Assembly: GCA_964016885.1 (NCBI GenBank)
Contig: OZ024757.1
Coordinates: forward strand, 19,096,001 to 19,160,000
Direction of reading: 5' to 3'
DNA from: Eledone cirrhosa
Taxonomy: Eukaryota
Length of the DNA: 64,000 nt
Shown here: positions 28,701 through 42,222 of the stretch, in pieces
How positions within the stretch are numbered: position 1 is the first letter of the stretch
Layout of the letters: the number at the start of each line of letters is the position of its first letter
The notes under the pieces: generated by a model
Told to the model about the DNA's origin: nothing
The model's database searches: none
Seen by the model: only the letters and a program-made list of their open reading frames with translations
Translations under genes and position numbers: made by a program

Positions 28701-30293
28701 AACCTCGGCGGGATTTGAACTCAGATCATAAAGGGACGTAACTCTATGCTTCAAAGCATGGCGTCCGACTCTCTACCAATACTGCCAATCCACCGCCCTT
28801 AAGTTACTTAATAATTGTTTCTACTTTAGGCACAAGGCCAGCAATAACCCAGTGCATTACTGGTACTTTATTTTATCGACCCCGTAAGGATGAAAGGCAA
28901 AGTCAACCTCGGCGGGATTTGAACTCAGATCGTATGAAATAATTAATAGTTTTAGTAAATCTCTCAAAAGTCTTCATTGAAATCTAGGTTTATTTCTATG
29001 AAACAAAACCATCCATTTTGAAGTGGTCCTATTTGAATTAGAATCTTCCAATATAATTCGTTTTTGAATTTGTTTTGCGAGATTTCTTATCTGAAAACGT
29101 GTGTTGAAACAGATATTGTTCTACTTTGGGAGGGTCATGTTGCCAATAAAAGCACAGTCGCCTGTTGGTTTTCACTTCAATTTATTAAAAATTTCCGGCT
29201 GGCTGGTTGATTGGTTGGTTAGTTGGTTTGATAACCGGAAGGTTGTTTATATATTGTTAAAGCTCTTTCGTCACACATTCTGTGACCTCTTCAGTGACTA
29301 GGTTTTTATTTTGTGTGTCTCTCCAATATAGTTTTATATAAGAACCATATGTTAAGTTACAATCTTAGTAATGAAATAATTATATAGAGTGTAATTCTTT
29401 AGAAATATGGTCATGAAAAGGATGGGTGGGGGGGGGGGGGACTTGTTCTGGCTAGTGGGTTGTGGCCATGCTGTGCTAATAAAAAATTTATCTATCTATT
29501 GTTGCCCTTGAAATATATCTTTCTGTTCAATCTATAATGACTATTGATTTCGTCTGCTCCTAATCAATAATTAATTTATCAATCTATAGTTGACCTTGAA
29601 GCATATATCTATATTGAATATTGATTAATTCTGCCCTAATCAATGCATTTTACTATCTATGGTATGGTTGCTGTATCAGTGTAACCAAGTCTAGTGGTGG
29701 TGATGGTAGTAGTAGTAGTGGTAGTAATAGTAGTAGTGGTGGTGGTAGTTGTAGTAGTTGTGGTGGTGGTGGTGGTAGTAGTAGTTATAGTAGTGGTGGT
29801 GGTAGTAGTAGTTATTGTAGTGGTGATGGTAGTAGTTATAGTAGTAGTGGTAGTAGTAAACATAGTATTGGTAGTTTTGTTTTTGTAATAACAATAGTAG
29901 TAGTAGTAGTAGTAGTAGTAGAGGTGGTGGTGGTAGTAGGGGTGGTAGTAGTAGTATTAGCAGTAGTAGTAGTATATTTTTTGTGTGTTTTTTCCCTGCA
30001 TTTCATAGGATATTCCGATTGGTAGGAAAGCAACAGCATACGTTGTTGTTGTAGTTGTTGTCTCATAGTTGGATTGCTTATAAGTAGGAATGTGTATGTA
30101 TGTATGTGTGTGTGTGTGTGTGTGTGCAAGTGCTCATGTGTGTGTGTGTGTAAGTGCTCATGTGTGTGTATGTGTGAACAAATTCTGGGTTTGGCCTTCT
30201 TGCTGGTGAAGTTTTCTTTTACAACCACTTTAGAGCACTTAACTCTTTTACTATCATCTTGCAGTGTGACACGACTGCTACTGTGTTTGTGTG

Positions 30294-30340
<47 letters not shown>

Positions 30341-31019
30341 CAATTGTGAACCTAATATAACTGTGTACAATTGCCTCCTGTGTTTTGTTCGTTCATTTCA
30401 ACTATATATATAGTAATAATTGTTTCTATTTTTGGCACAAGGCCAGCAATTACCCAGTACATTACTGGTACTTTATTTTATCGACCCCGTAAGGATGAAA
30501 GGCAAAGTTAACCTCAGCGGGATTTGAATTCAGATCATAAAGGGACGTAACTCTATAATAAATGTAAAAACTAAAATACGAAGAGGGCTCGATAAGGATT
30601 ATATATCTATATATGATATAAAATATATTTGTTTTGCAAGGTTTTTGATATGAAATCGTGTGTCGAAACAAATATTGTTATACTTGGGGAGTCATATTGT
30701 AATAATATTGCCAGAAATAATAACTGAACACACTCACTGCTGGGGGTCCCTATCATTCCACTGCAAAGTGGTCGTGGAGGTGCCACGGCAAAAAAGCACC
30801 CAGCACTCACTGTAAATGAGGTTGGTGTTAGGAAGGGCATCCAGCTGTAGAAATCAAGCCAGAATCAGTTCCCGTCCCACCCTTGCAAGCAGGGAAAAGT
30901 GGACGTAAAATGAAATGATGAATGATGATATACACATATAAACACATACACCAAGCGTGAACTTAATATAACTATGTACACTTGCTTCCTGTGATTTGTT
31001 CATTCATTTCAAATATAGA

Positions 31020-31348
31020 TATGTCAATGTACATGAACGACAAAGCATAGATGAGTTGAGAGAGAAACTGTGTAAAAGTTGTGGTGTGTATGAGAGAAGA
31101 CTACATTGGTATGGACATGTGATGTGCATGGAAGATGACCGATAGGTAAAGAAGTGCTAAGAAATCCCAGTAGAAGGAAGAGACCATGAAAAACATGGGC
31201 GGAGGTGGTGAGAGCTGATCCCAGATCGCTGAAGCTCACGGTGGAGAAGACGTATGGACCGTGATGAATGGAGAGATGCTATGCTGAATAGGACCCGTCC
31301 CACCCTTGCAAGCAGGGAAAAGCGGACGTAAAATGATGATGATGATGC
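31020..31348 (+). mobile_element. Second RTE family, degraded 3' fragment
   Basis: RRLHWYGHVMCMEDDR-like remnants, followed by tail CCCGTCCCACCCTTGCAAGCAGGGAAAAGCGGACGTAAAA(TGA)n. Confidence 0.7.
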
Positions 31349-32604
31349 ATACATATACATACATACATACACACATTCCTATACATACATATACACACAC
31401 ATATACACTCTCTCTCTCTCCTAAACTCTTTCTCCTTCCCTCGCTATCTCTCTGTCTCTCTCTCTGCTACCCCCACTCTCTCTCTTCCCCTTCTCTCACT
31501 CTCGATATCTATCTCTCCATCTCCCTACTCTCTCTCTCACCTGCCCACTCTTCTCTCACCCTCTCTCTCTCTCACCCCCCTCACTTTCTCTCCTTCCTCA
31601 CTCTTTCTCCTCCCCTCCTCAAACTCTCTCTACATATCTATCTCTCCATCTCCCTGCTCTCTCACACCCCCTCCTCTCGTTCTCACCCCTCTCACCCCTC
31701 CTCTCTCTCTCACTCCATCTCTCTCACCTCCCTCACCCCCCCTCTCTCAGTCTAAATTTGAAACAATGTCTGCTGACATATCCGGAAGAATGGTGTGTAT
31801 TATATTATAACATCTGACCTTTGTTGTTTTAACACAACAGTTACAGTTCTGAGCTACGCGGACACCATACAGTGATGATGATGATGATGATGACGATGGT
31901 TATAATGATGATGATGATAATTATCTCTTGACTATTTGTTACAAAGGTTCAATTCCTAACTGAGCAATTATGCAAACAGCCTCTTTAAGCCATGTAAGTA
32001 GAATGACCCCATCATTCTTGCTCTTGAGGCTGTTTGCATAATTGAAGATGAATCGAATATTATTAATATAAGAAAAGCTCAGATTTACATTGCTTGTATT
32101 CAGCCATGTAGAACGATAAAACTATTTGTTATATATATACATATATATATATTTTCATTCATTTTTTCATTTCATTTTACGTCCGCTTTTTCCCTGCTTG
32201 CAAGGGTGGGACGGGAACTGATTCTGGCTTGATTTCTACAGCTGGATGCCCTTCCTAACGCCAGCCTCATTTACAGTGAGTGCTGGGTGCTTTTTTGCCG
32301 TGGCACCTCCACGACCACTTTGCAGTGGAATGAGAGGGACCCCAGTCCCTATCATCTCATTTCTACAGCTGAGTAATATATATATATCAGACAGTCCTAT
32401 GCGAGCAAGACAATCACTCTTGCCTCAAGTGGGAAAACCCCCGTCCAAACCCATGCAAGCGTGGAACACGGACGTTAAACGTTGATGATGATGATGAGTA
32501 TATATATATATATTTAGTAATAATAATAATATTTATACTTATATATGAGTTATATAAAATTATAAACATGAAAGGGTAGTACTAAGCATTATCCAATTAC
32601 CGAT

Positions 32605-32905
32605 GGAGGCACATGGCTTAGTGGTTAGAGCATTGGCCTTGCAATCGAAAGGTTGTGAGTTCAATTCTCAGACCGGGTGATGTGTTGTTTCCTTGAGCAA
32701 GACACTTTATTTCACATTGCTCCAGTTTACTCAGCTGTAGAAAAGTGGTCGTGGAGGTGCCACGGCAAAAAAGGCACCCAGCAGTCACTGTAAATGAGGT
32801 TGGTGTTAGGAAGGTCATCCAGCTGTAGAAATCAAGCCAGAATCAGTTCCCGTCCCACCCTTGCAAGCAGGGAAAAGCAGGCGTAAAATGATGATGATGA
32901 TGATG
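32605..32905 (+). mobile_element. tRNA-derived SINE family 1 (CORE-like centre, RTE tail)
   Basis: A box TGGCTTAGTGG, B box GAGTTCAATTC, CCTTGAGCAAGACACTT centre, RTE-type tail and (TGA)n. Other copies: 20100-20434(-), 20745-21090(-), 30740-30928(+), 32160-32375(-), 44826-45163(-), 55895-56235(-), 62058-62398(-), 63318-63650(-). Confidence 0.85.
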
Positions 32906-33004
32906 ATATATATATATATGAATGTATATATATATATACATATATATGAATGTATGTATTGTATATTTAATAATACACTGTATGTTTATTTAAAAACATT
33001 TTGA

Positions 33005-33660
33005 AGGTCTTTCGCTCGTTAAATTGCCTAGATTTCAAACACCAATCTACAGGAGTCTGTTGCTTGTTACATTGCCTAGATCCTGAACATCAACACCAAA
33101 ATCTCTAGCTTATCACATCTGGGTAGAAGACCTTTTGATCTCTTTGGCTTTTCATAGATGCTGGTTTTTCAATCCATGTCAGTCTGTCACTTGTTACATT
33201 GCCTAGATTTCAAACACCAATCCACAGGGGTCTTTTGTTCGTTAAATTGCCTAGATTTCAAACACCAATCTACAGAGGTCTTTTGCTCGTTAAATTGCCT
33301 AGATTTTAAACACCAATCTACAGAGGTCTTTTGCTTGTTAAATTGGCTAGATTTCAAACACCAATCTACAGAAGTCTTTTGCTTGTTAAGTTGGCTAGAT
33401 TTCAAACACCAATCTACAGAGGTCTTTAGTTCGTTAAATTACCTAAATTTCAAACACCAATCCATAGAGGTCTTTTGCTCGTTAAATTGCCTAGATTTCA
33501 AACACTAATCTACAGGGCTTTTGTTCGTTAAATTGCCTAGATTTCAAACACTAATCTACAGAAGTCTTTTGTTCGTTAAATTGCCTAGATTTCAAACACC
33601 AATCCACAGAAGTCTTTCGCTCATTGCATTCCCTAGATCTTGAAGACCAATCTACAGGGG
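33005..33660. repeat. 48-bp tandem repeat
   Basis: GTTAAATTGCCTAGATTTCAAACACCAATCTACAGAGGTCTTTTGCTC units. Confidence 0.9.
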
Positions 33661-34275
33661 TCGTGTTGATCCCAAAACCAATGTCTCCCTCTACTGCAGG
33701 TTTCTTCATCTGGGATCTCTTAACAGTTCTTTCACTCCCCCGGCGATCATTATCTGTATATGTGATGCTGTTGAGTTCTTTCTCTCCTTGGCGTGATGGT
33801 GTTGGTAGTTGTGATGATTATGGTATTGTTATTGGTGATGGTGATGTTGTTATCGTTGGTACTAATAATGATGCTACTGCTGCTGCTGTTGTTGTTGTTG
33901 ATCCTAGTAGTGATGCTGCTGCTGTTGTTGGTGGTGGTGCTGTAATAATGCTACTGTTGTTGTTGTTGTTGTTGGTGCTACTGCTGTTGGTGGTGGTGGT
34001 TGTGCTGGTAATAATGCTACTGCTGTTGTTGTTGTTGGTGGTGGTGCTAGTAATAAATGTTTCTACTTTTGGCACAAGGCCAGCAATTACCCCAGTACAT
34101 TACTGGTACTTTATTATATCGACCCCGTAAGGATGAAAGGCAAAGTTAACCTCGGTGGGATTTGAACTAATAATAATAATAATTAATAATAATATTATTT
34201 TTATTGTTATTATTGTTTGTGTTCAACAATTCAACAACATTCTAATCAAAGTATATACATTTTTTGGGGACACCT

Positions 34276-34338
<63 letters not shown>

Positions 34339-34963
34339 ATTGTTTCTACTTTTGGCAAAAGGCCACCAATTATCCCAGTGCATTACTGGTACTTTATTTT
34401 ATCAACCCTCTGTGAGGATGAAAGGCAAAGTTAACCTCGGAGGGATTTGAACTCAGACCATAAAGGGCCGTAACTCTATGCTGGAAAGCATGCTGTCTGA
34501 CGCTCTACCGATTCTGCCAAACCAGCACCATATGAAGACATAAATAATTGTTTCTACTTTTGGCACAAGGCCAGCAATTACTCCCAGTGTATTACTGGTA
34601 CTTTATTATATCGACCCCCGTAAGGATGAAAGGCAAAGTTAACCTCGGAGGGATTTGAACTCAGACCATAAAGGGCCGTAACTCTATGCTGCAAAGCATG
34701 GCGTCCGACCCTCTACCGATACTGCCAATTCACCATAATGTCACTGGTGTTGTTATTGTTTTTTTCTATTTACAATCCAAAACTCCAAATGGCTGCAAAC
34801 CATTTTCAATGGCAGATGTAGCTAACTTGTAACTCATAACTTTTAATTCTGAGATAAACTAATTATTAAGACTTTGTTAATCTCTTAATCATTTTTACCT
34901 GAGTCACCATCACATGCTATACCTGAACATAAATACATGTATATATATATATATATATAAATA

Positions 34964-35029
<66 letters not shown>

Positions 35030-35051
35030 TGTAAATATATAAATGTGTGTG

Positions 35052-35087
<36 letters not shown>

Positions 35088-35159
35088 TGTGTGTGTATAT
35101 ATATATATATAAATATGTGTGTGTATATATATATATATATAAATATATAAATGTGTATG

Positions 35160-35196
<37 letters not shown>

Positions 35197-35217
35197 ATAT
35201 ATATAAATATATAAATA

Positions 35218-35296
<79 letters not shown>

Positions 35297-35418
35297 ATAT
35301 ATCATCATCATCGTCGTTCCATCTTCCACGCTAGCATGGGTAGGATTATGTATATATATATATACTCACACACGCACATATATGTATGTATATATATATA
35401 CATACATATATAAATATG

Positions 35419-35519
<101 letters not shown>

Positions 35520-35619
35520 ATATATATATACATACATATATGTATATATACACCTAATGTCCTTATATACATCATGAAAATAGTACACAACTAAATCAGT
35601 CTCTAAAGAGTTCTTTGTT

Positions 35620-35686
<67 letters not shown>

Positions 35687-35695
35687 TCTCTCTCC

Positions 35696-35737
<42 letters not shown>

Positions 35738-35738
35738 G

Positions 35739-35799
<61 letters not shown>

Positions 35800-36054
35800 G
35801 TGTGTGTATATTTATATACAACGTTATTGTTGTTATTACTTCAATAAGATTTCATCCTTATAGTCTTAATCTCTTAATCTCTCATGTCACTTCAGAAAAC
35901 TTGTGAATGAGGGATACTCCCCCTATTCCTCCGCATCCCCTCTCCACCCCCACCCTCTCCATCCCCACCCTCATCCCCTCCTCACCCTTCTCCTTATCTT
36001 CTTCCTTCTCATTGTCAATATCATCATAAATTTCATCACTATCACCATCATCAT

Positions 36055-36105
<51 letters not shown>

Positions 36106-36369
36106 GTGTTAGGAAGGGCATCCAGCTGTAGAAAACCCGCCAGACAGTCCACGCTGTAATGTGGCCGTGTAGGCAACACGGTAAAAACCTCCCAGCCCCA
36201 CACTGTAAATCTGGTTGGTGTTAGGAAGGGCATCCAGCTGTAGAAAACCCTATGCGAGCAAGATAATCACTCTTGCCTCAAGTGAGAAAACCCCCGTCCA
36301 AACCCATGCAAGCGTGGAACACGGACGTTAAACGTTGATGATGATGATGATATATATATATATGTATAA

Positions 36370-36405
<36 letters not shown>

Positions 36406-36839
36406 GATATTAACAAATGGAAACTATATTTATAAAACCATATCTATTTTATTATACATATTTCAAGGATACCATGTTAAATTATGGTATGCTTTCATCA
36501 GACAAAATACAATATATACCAGTTTTATAAATAAATATTGACATACCCTTACAAAATGCAACCGTTACTTTTGGAAGACATCGGGATAGTAATGGTTGCA
36601 TTTTGTAAGGGTATGTCAATATTTATTTATAAAACTGGTATATATTGTATTTTGTCTGATGAAAGCATACCATAATTTAACATGGTATCCTTGAAATATG
36701 TATAATAAAATAGATATGGTTTTATAAATATAGTTTCCATTTGTTAATATCGTATATTTACTCCAAATACTTGTCGAGTGCTTTATATCAGTTATAAAAA
36801 TATTTGCTTGTTGTATCCCAACAATTTAAATAGAACTTT

Positions 36840-36878
<39 letters not shown>

Positions 36879-36881
<3 letters not shown>

Positions 36882-39169
36882 AAAGAAAGTTCAAGCATGT
36901 TCTACAACGCGATGACCAAAAACGTGAGGTGTTCAGGATTGCTAGGCAATGCGTCAAGGAAAACCGTGATATTGTCGGGGAGAAGTGTGTACTAAACGAC
37001 GATGGCACACTTGCCATCACCGACGCTGATAAGAAGGTAGCTTGGAAGTGTCACTATGAAAGGCTACTAAATGAGGAGAATAATTGGGAGAAAGGCAGTC
37101 TCCCCCATATCGACCCAATAGAGGGACCAGCAGTGTTAGTCGAGGGGAGTATAATAAGTAAGGCAATCAAGGATATGAAGACGGGTAAGGCGGCTGGGCC
37201 TTCGGAAATAGTTGCTGAGATACTGAAGGCATCTGGCACGGTGGGACACACCATGGTCACCCGCATAGTTAACCAAGTCGTACAGAATGGGGTTGTTCCG
37301 AAGGACTGGCATAGCAGCATCATCGTTAACTGTTATAAGGGTAAAGGAGACGCCCTAGATAGGAGTAACTATAGAGGCATTAAATTAATCGACCAGGTCA
37401 TGAAGGTCACGGAAAAAGTAATAGCGCAACTAATCAGAGAGAGAATTGACCTAGATGAAATGCAGTTCGGGTTTGTGTCAGGCAAAAGTACCACAGACGC
37501 TCTTTTCATAGTACGACAACTACAGGAGAAGTACCTAGCTAAAGGTAAACCCCTCTACTTAGCTTTTGTCGACTTGGAGAAAGCCTTCGACAGAGTCCCC
37601 CGCTCCATTATCTGGTGGGCTCTTAGAAAACTAGGCGTTGATGAATGGCTTGTGAGGGCTATACAAGCCATGTATAAAGAAACAGTCAGCAAGGTTAGAA
37701 TTAACAACGAATATAGTGAAGAGTTTAGCGTAAAAGTTGGCGTCCATCAGGGCTCTGTTCTCAGCCCACTACTATTTATTATTGCCCTTCAGGCTATAAC
37801 AGAGGAGTTCAAGACAGGCTGCCCATGGGAACTCCTATACGCAGACGACCTGACACTCATAGCGGAATCAATGGCCGAGCTAGAGAAGAAATTCCAAACA
37901 TGGAAGCACGGCCTAGAGTCAAAAGGACTTAAAATTAACCTTGCTAAGACCAAAGTACTAGTTTGTAGGAAAGAAAACAAGGCGGCGGTCCCTTCTGGGA
38001 AATGGTCGTGCTCGGTGTGTAGGAAAGGCGTAGGTAGAAACTCCATTTTATGTCCTAAATGCAAAGTATGGGTGCATAAAAGATGTAGTGGGATCACAGG
38101 TAAGCTAACTAAGAACATAGATTTTACATGTGGCCGGTGCTCTGGTGCAATAAGTAGCAGCAAGTGCCCACAAAATACTAGCTCCTTCAACTGCGCAGAA
38201 GGTTCTATAGAAATAGTGGACAGCTTCCGTTACCTGGGCGATAAAATCAGCAGTGGGGGAGGGTGCTCTGAAAGTACTGTAGCTAGAGTCAGAACAGGTT
38301 GGAAAAAGTTCAGAGAGCTTATACCACTATTAGCTGCTAAAGGGTTCTCACTAAAAATGAAAGGCAGGTTGTACGATGCCTGCATACGAACAGCAATGCT
38401 GCATGGCAGTGAGACCTGGGCATTGTGTGCAGAGGATATACGCAGACTAGAGAGGAACGAAGCTTGCATGCTCCGCTGGATGTGTAACAGTAATATACGT
38501 GAACGGCAAAGCATAAACGAACTAAGGAAAAAATTAGAGATAAGAGGGATCAGATGTTGTTTACTCGAGAGAAGGCTACGTTGGTATGGACACGTGATGC
38601 GCATGAAAGTCGATAGCTGTATAACAAAGTGCAGGGCAATAAAGATAGACGGTAGTCACGGAATAGGCAGACCTAGAAAAACCTGGGACGAGCTGATAAA
38701 CTCCGACATCACACACTTACACCTCTCCAAGACAATGGCGGTACTCAGTAACAGAGAAGACCCGCCTTACCTAAATATATAGTAAAACCTACTCCAGCCA
38801 GTAGGCATCTCTAACAAAAGACACCCCGTCCCACCACCACCACCCCCACCCGATCCACACCACCCCGTTCTATGTAAAGTTATGTTGGTGCCGCGCCATC
38901 GAGGCCGAAACAAATGAGATCGTGTAGGTGTCACGACAAAAAAACACACAGTCCACGCTGTAATGTGGCCGTGTAGGCAACACGGTAAAAACCTCCCAGA
39001 CCCACACTGTAAATGTGGTTGGTGTTAGGAAGGGCATCCAACTGTAGAAAACCTGCCAGACAGTCCTATGCGAGCAAGACAATCACTCTTGCCTCAAGTG
39101 GGACTACCCCCGTCCAAACCCATGCAAGCGTGGAACACGGACGTTAAACGTTGATGATGATGATGATGA

Positions 39170-39171
<2 letters not shown>
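36879..39171 (+). mobile_element. RTE-clade non-LTR retrotransposon, 5'-truncated copy 1
   Basis: RT ORF ([43 protein letters not shown]), RTE-type C-terminus ([11 protein letters not shown]...GRPRKTW), ~390 bp 3' UTR ending in (GAT)n; starts directly after a (TA)n tract. Confidence 0.95.
36881..38782 (+). CDS. Partial RTE ORF: reverse transcriptase + PHD-like Cys/His finger (endonuclease lost; C-terminus frameshifted)
   Basis: Frame is open from 36881 (ERKFKHVLQRDDQKREVFRIA...). Contains YADD and CSVC..C..C...H..C...C..C. A 20-bp deletion near 38737 relative to copy 2 changes the last residues. Confidence 0.9.
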
Positions 39172-39205
<34 letters not shown>

Positions 39206-39763
39206 TCATCATCATCATCATCATTTTATGTCCGCTCTTCCCTGCTTGCAAGGGTGGGACGGGTCTTATCCAGCACAGCATCTCTCCACTTGTCACGGTC
39301 CTTCGTCATCTCCACAAGATTGCTGAAGCTCACGGTGGAGATGTCGAAGGACCGTGACAAGTGGAGAGATGCTGTGCTGAATAAGACCCGTCCCACCCTT
39401 GCAAGCAGGGAAGAGCGGACGTAAAATGATGATGATGATGATAGATAGATATATATATAATAGAAAACGAAAAATCAGTGATGCATCTGAACTCAATTTA
39501 TTGTGTGTTACAATTGTTTCGCCGGCAGACAGCTTGAGATGCGATCATTGTGTGGATCTGTCTGATTCTGGATCCGCAGGTTCGACGGACACGTCTAAGG
39601 AGCATATTCTCTCACTGGGGTATCTGACCCTATGGGCCAGTACCGTCAAAAACTTCATCCTCTTCACGCATCGAGTGATATATCATACTCTGCTCTGTAA
39701 GAGCATAGAGTGCTCAACTGGCATACCGCCTATGGAAGCATCTTAGCTACCATCAGACACACA

Positions 39764-40180
39764 TCATCATCATCATCATCGTTTAACATCCATATTCCAC
39801 GCTTGCATGGGTTTGGACGGGAGTTTTCCTACTTGAGGCATGAGTGATTGTCTTGCTCGCATAGGACTGTCTGGCGGGTTTTCTACGGCTGGATGCCCTT
39901 CCTAACACCAACCACATTTACAGTGTGGGACTGGGAGGTTTTTACCGTGTTACCTACACGGCCACATTACAGCGTGGACTGTGTGTTTTTTTGTCGTGAC
40001 ACCTACACAACCTCATTTGTTTCGGGCTGGATGTTATGGTACCAACATAACTTTACATTGAAAGTGGTGGTGTGGATGGGGTGAGGGTAGTGGGACGGGG
40101 GTGTATTTTTGTTAGAGGTGCCTACTGACTGTAGTAGGTTTCACTTTGCACTTAGGTAAGGCGGGTCTTCTCTATTACTG
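39764..40180 (-). mobile_element. RTE 3' UTR fragment
   Basis: Reverse complement of 38745-39170-type UTR, with (CAT)n. Confidence 0.8.
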
Positions 40181-40214
40181 TGTATATATATATATATGAC
40201 AGAGCATTATATAT

Positions 40215-40329
40215 ACAAGGTGGCCCCCAAAAATGTATATACACTTTTATTAGAATGCTGTTGAAGTATGTATACATTTTTGAGGGACACCCTATATATA
40301 TATATTTATATGAGAGAGAAAGAGAGATT

Positions 40330-40363
<34 letters not shown>

Positions 40364-40679
40364 CAGGTGTCCCCAAAAATGTACACACACTTATTAGAAC
40401 GCTGTTAACATGTGTATACATTTTTTGGGGACACCCTATATATATATATGAGTGAGAATGAGAGAATTATATATGTCCCCAAGATGTATATACACTTTTA
40501 TTAGAATGCTATTGAACTGTGTATACATTTTTTTGGAACACTATATATATATGAGAAAGAGAGAATTCTCTATATATATATACACATATACCAGGGTGTC
40601 CCCCAAAAATGTATGCACTTTTATTAGAATGCTGTAGAAGTGTGTATACATTTTTTGGAAGACTATATATATGAAAATG

Positions 40680-40719
<40 letters not shown>

Positions 40720-40791
40720 GGTGTCCCCCCAAAATGTATACACACTTATTATAATGCTATTGAAATATGTATACATTTTTTTGGAACACTC
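40215..40791. mobile_element. Cluster of five ~75-bp TA-flanked Tc1/mariner-type MITEs
   Basis: CAGGGTGTCCCCAAAAATGTATAC...GTATACATTTTTTGGGGACACCC hairpins separated by (TA)n; partial copy at 34225-34275. Confidence 0.7.
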
Positions 40792-41797
40792 AATGTATGA
40801 GAAAGCGAGGGAATATGTTTATAGCAGTCTTTAGAAACTCTACTAAATTACAAATATTTCCAGAGATGTCATAATATCAATATTTATTGATCTATTGATT
40901 TGTTAAAATTATTGTTGTTCTCGTTACTGGAGCTTAAAATACATGTTTTACCTCCTTAATTCAATCAAATGATGCTCACAGAAACACACCACCACCACCA
41001 CTATCACCACCAACACCACCACCACTACACCACCACCATCACCACTACACCACTACACCACCACCACCACCATCATCACACCACCACTACATCACCACCA
41101 ACACCACAGCCACTACACCACCACCACTACACCACCACCAACACCACCACCACACCACCACTACACAACCACCATCACTACACCACCACCACCATCATCA
41201 CCACTACCTACACCACCACCACTACACCATCACCTCCACCACCACTACACCAACACCATCACACCACCACCACCATCACACCACCACCACAACCACCATC
41301 ACACCACCACCAACACCACCATCACCACACCACCACTACACCACCACCACCACCATCACACCACCATCACACCACCACCACTACACCACCACCACCATCA
41401 TCACACCACCACTACACCACCATCACCACACCACCACCAACACCACCAACACCACAACTACACCCCCACCAACACCACCACCATCATCATCACACCACCA
41501 CCAACACTACCACTACACCACCAGACCACCATCACACCACCACCATCATCACACCACCACTACACCACCACCACCACTACACCACCAACACCATCATCAC
41601 ACCACCATCACACCACCACTACACCACTACACCACCACCAACCACCACCACTACTACCACCGCAACACCACACTGCTACTATTAATTACTACTACTACCA
41701 CCACCACCACCACACCACCTCCACCACTACGACCACCACCACCACTACTACTACTACTCTGTCTCTTTACATAGGTCTGTGTGTTGGTATGTCTGAA

Positions 41798-41868
<71 letters not shown>

Positions 41869-42015
41869 ATATATATATATATATATGTGTGTATATATAT
41901 ATATATATATGTGTGTATATATATATATATATATGTGTGTATATATATATATATATATGTGTGTATATATATATATATATATGTGTGTATATATATATAT
42001 ATATATGTGTATATA

Positions 42016-42048
<33 letters not shown>

Positions 42049-42123
42049 GTGTATATATATATATATATGTGTATATATATATATATATGTGTATATATAT
42101 ATATATATGTGTATATATATATA

Positions 42124-42170
<47 letters not shown>

Positions 42171-42183
42171 ATATATATATATA

Positions 42184-42216
<33 letters not shown>

Positions 42217-42222
<6 letters not shown>

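Noticed and set aside
32605-32680. tRNA gene
   Set aside because: Only A and B boxes of a SINE head; no complete cloverleaf.
33158-33508. LRR-like 16-aa repeat ORF
   Set aside because: 48-bp minisatellite; neighbouring units contain stops and indels.
41863-42216. N-terminal extension of the RT ORF
   Set aside because: (TA)/(TG) microsatellite upstream of the truncation point.
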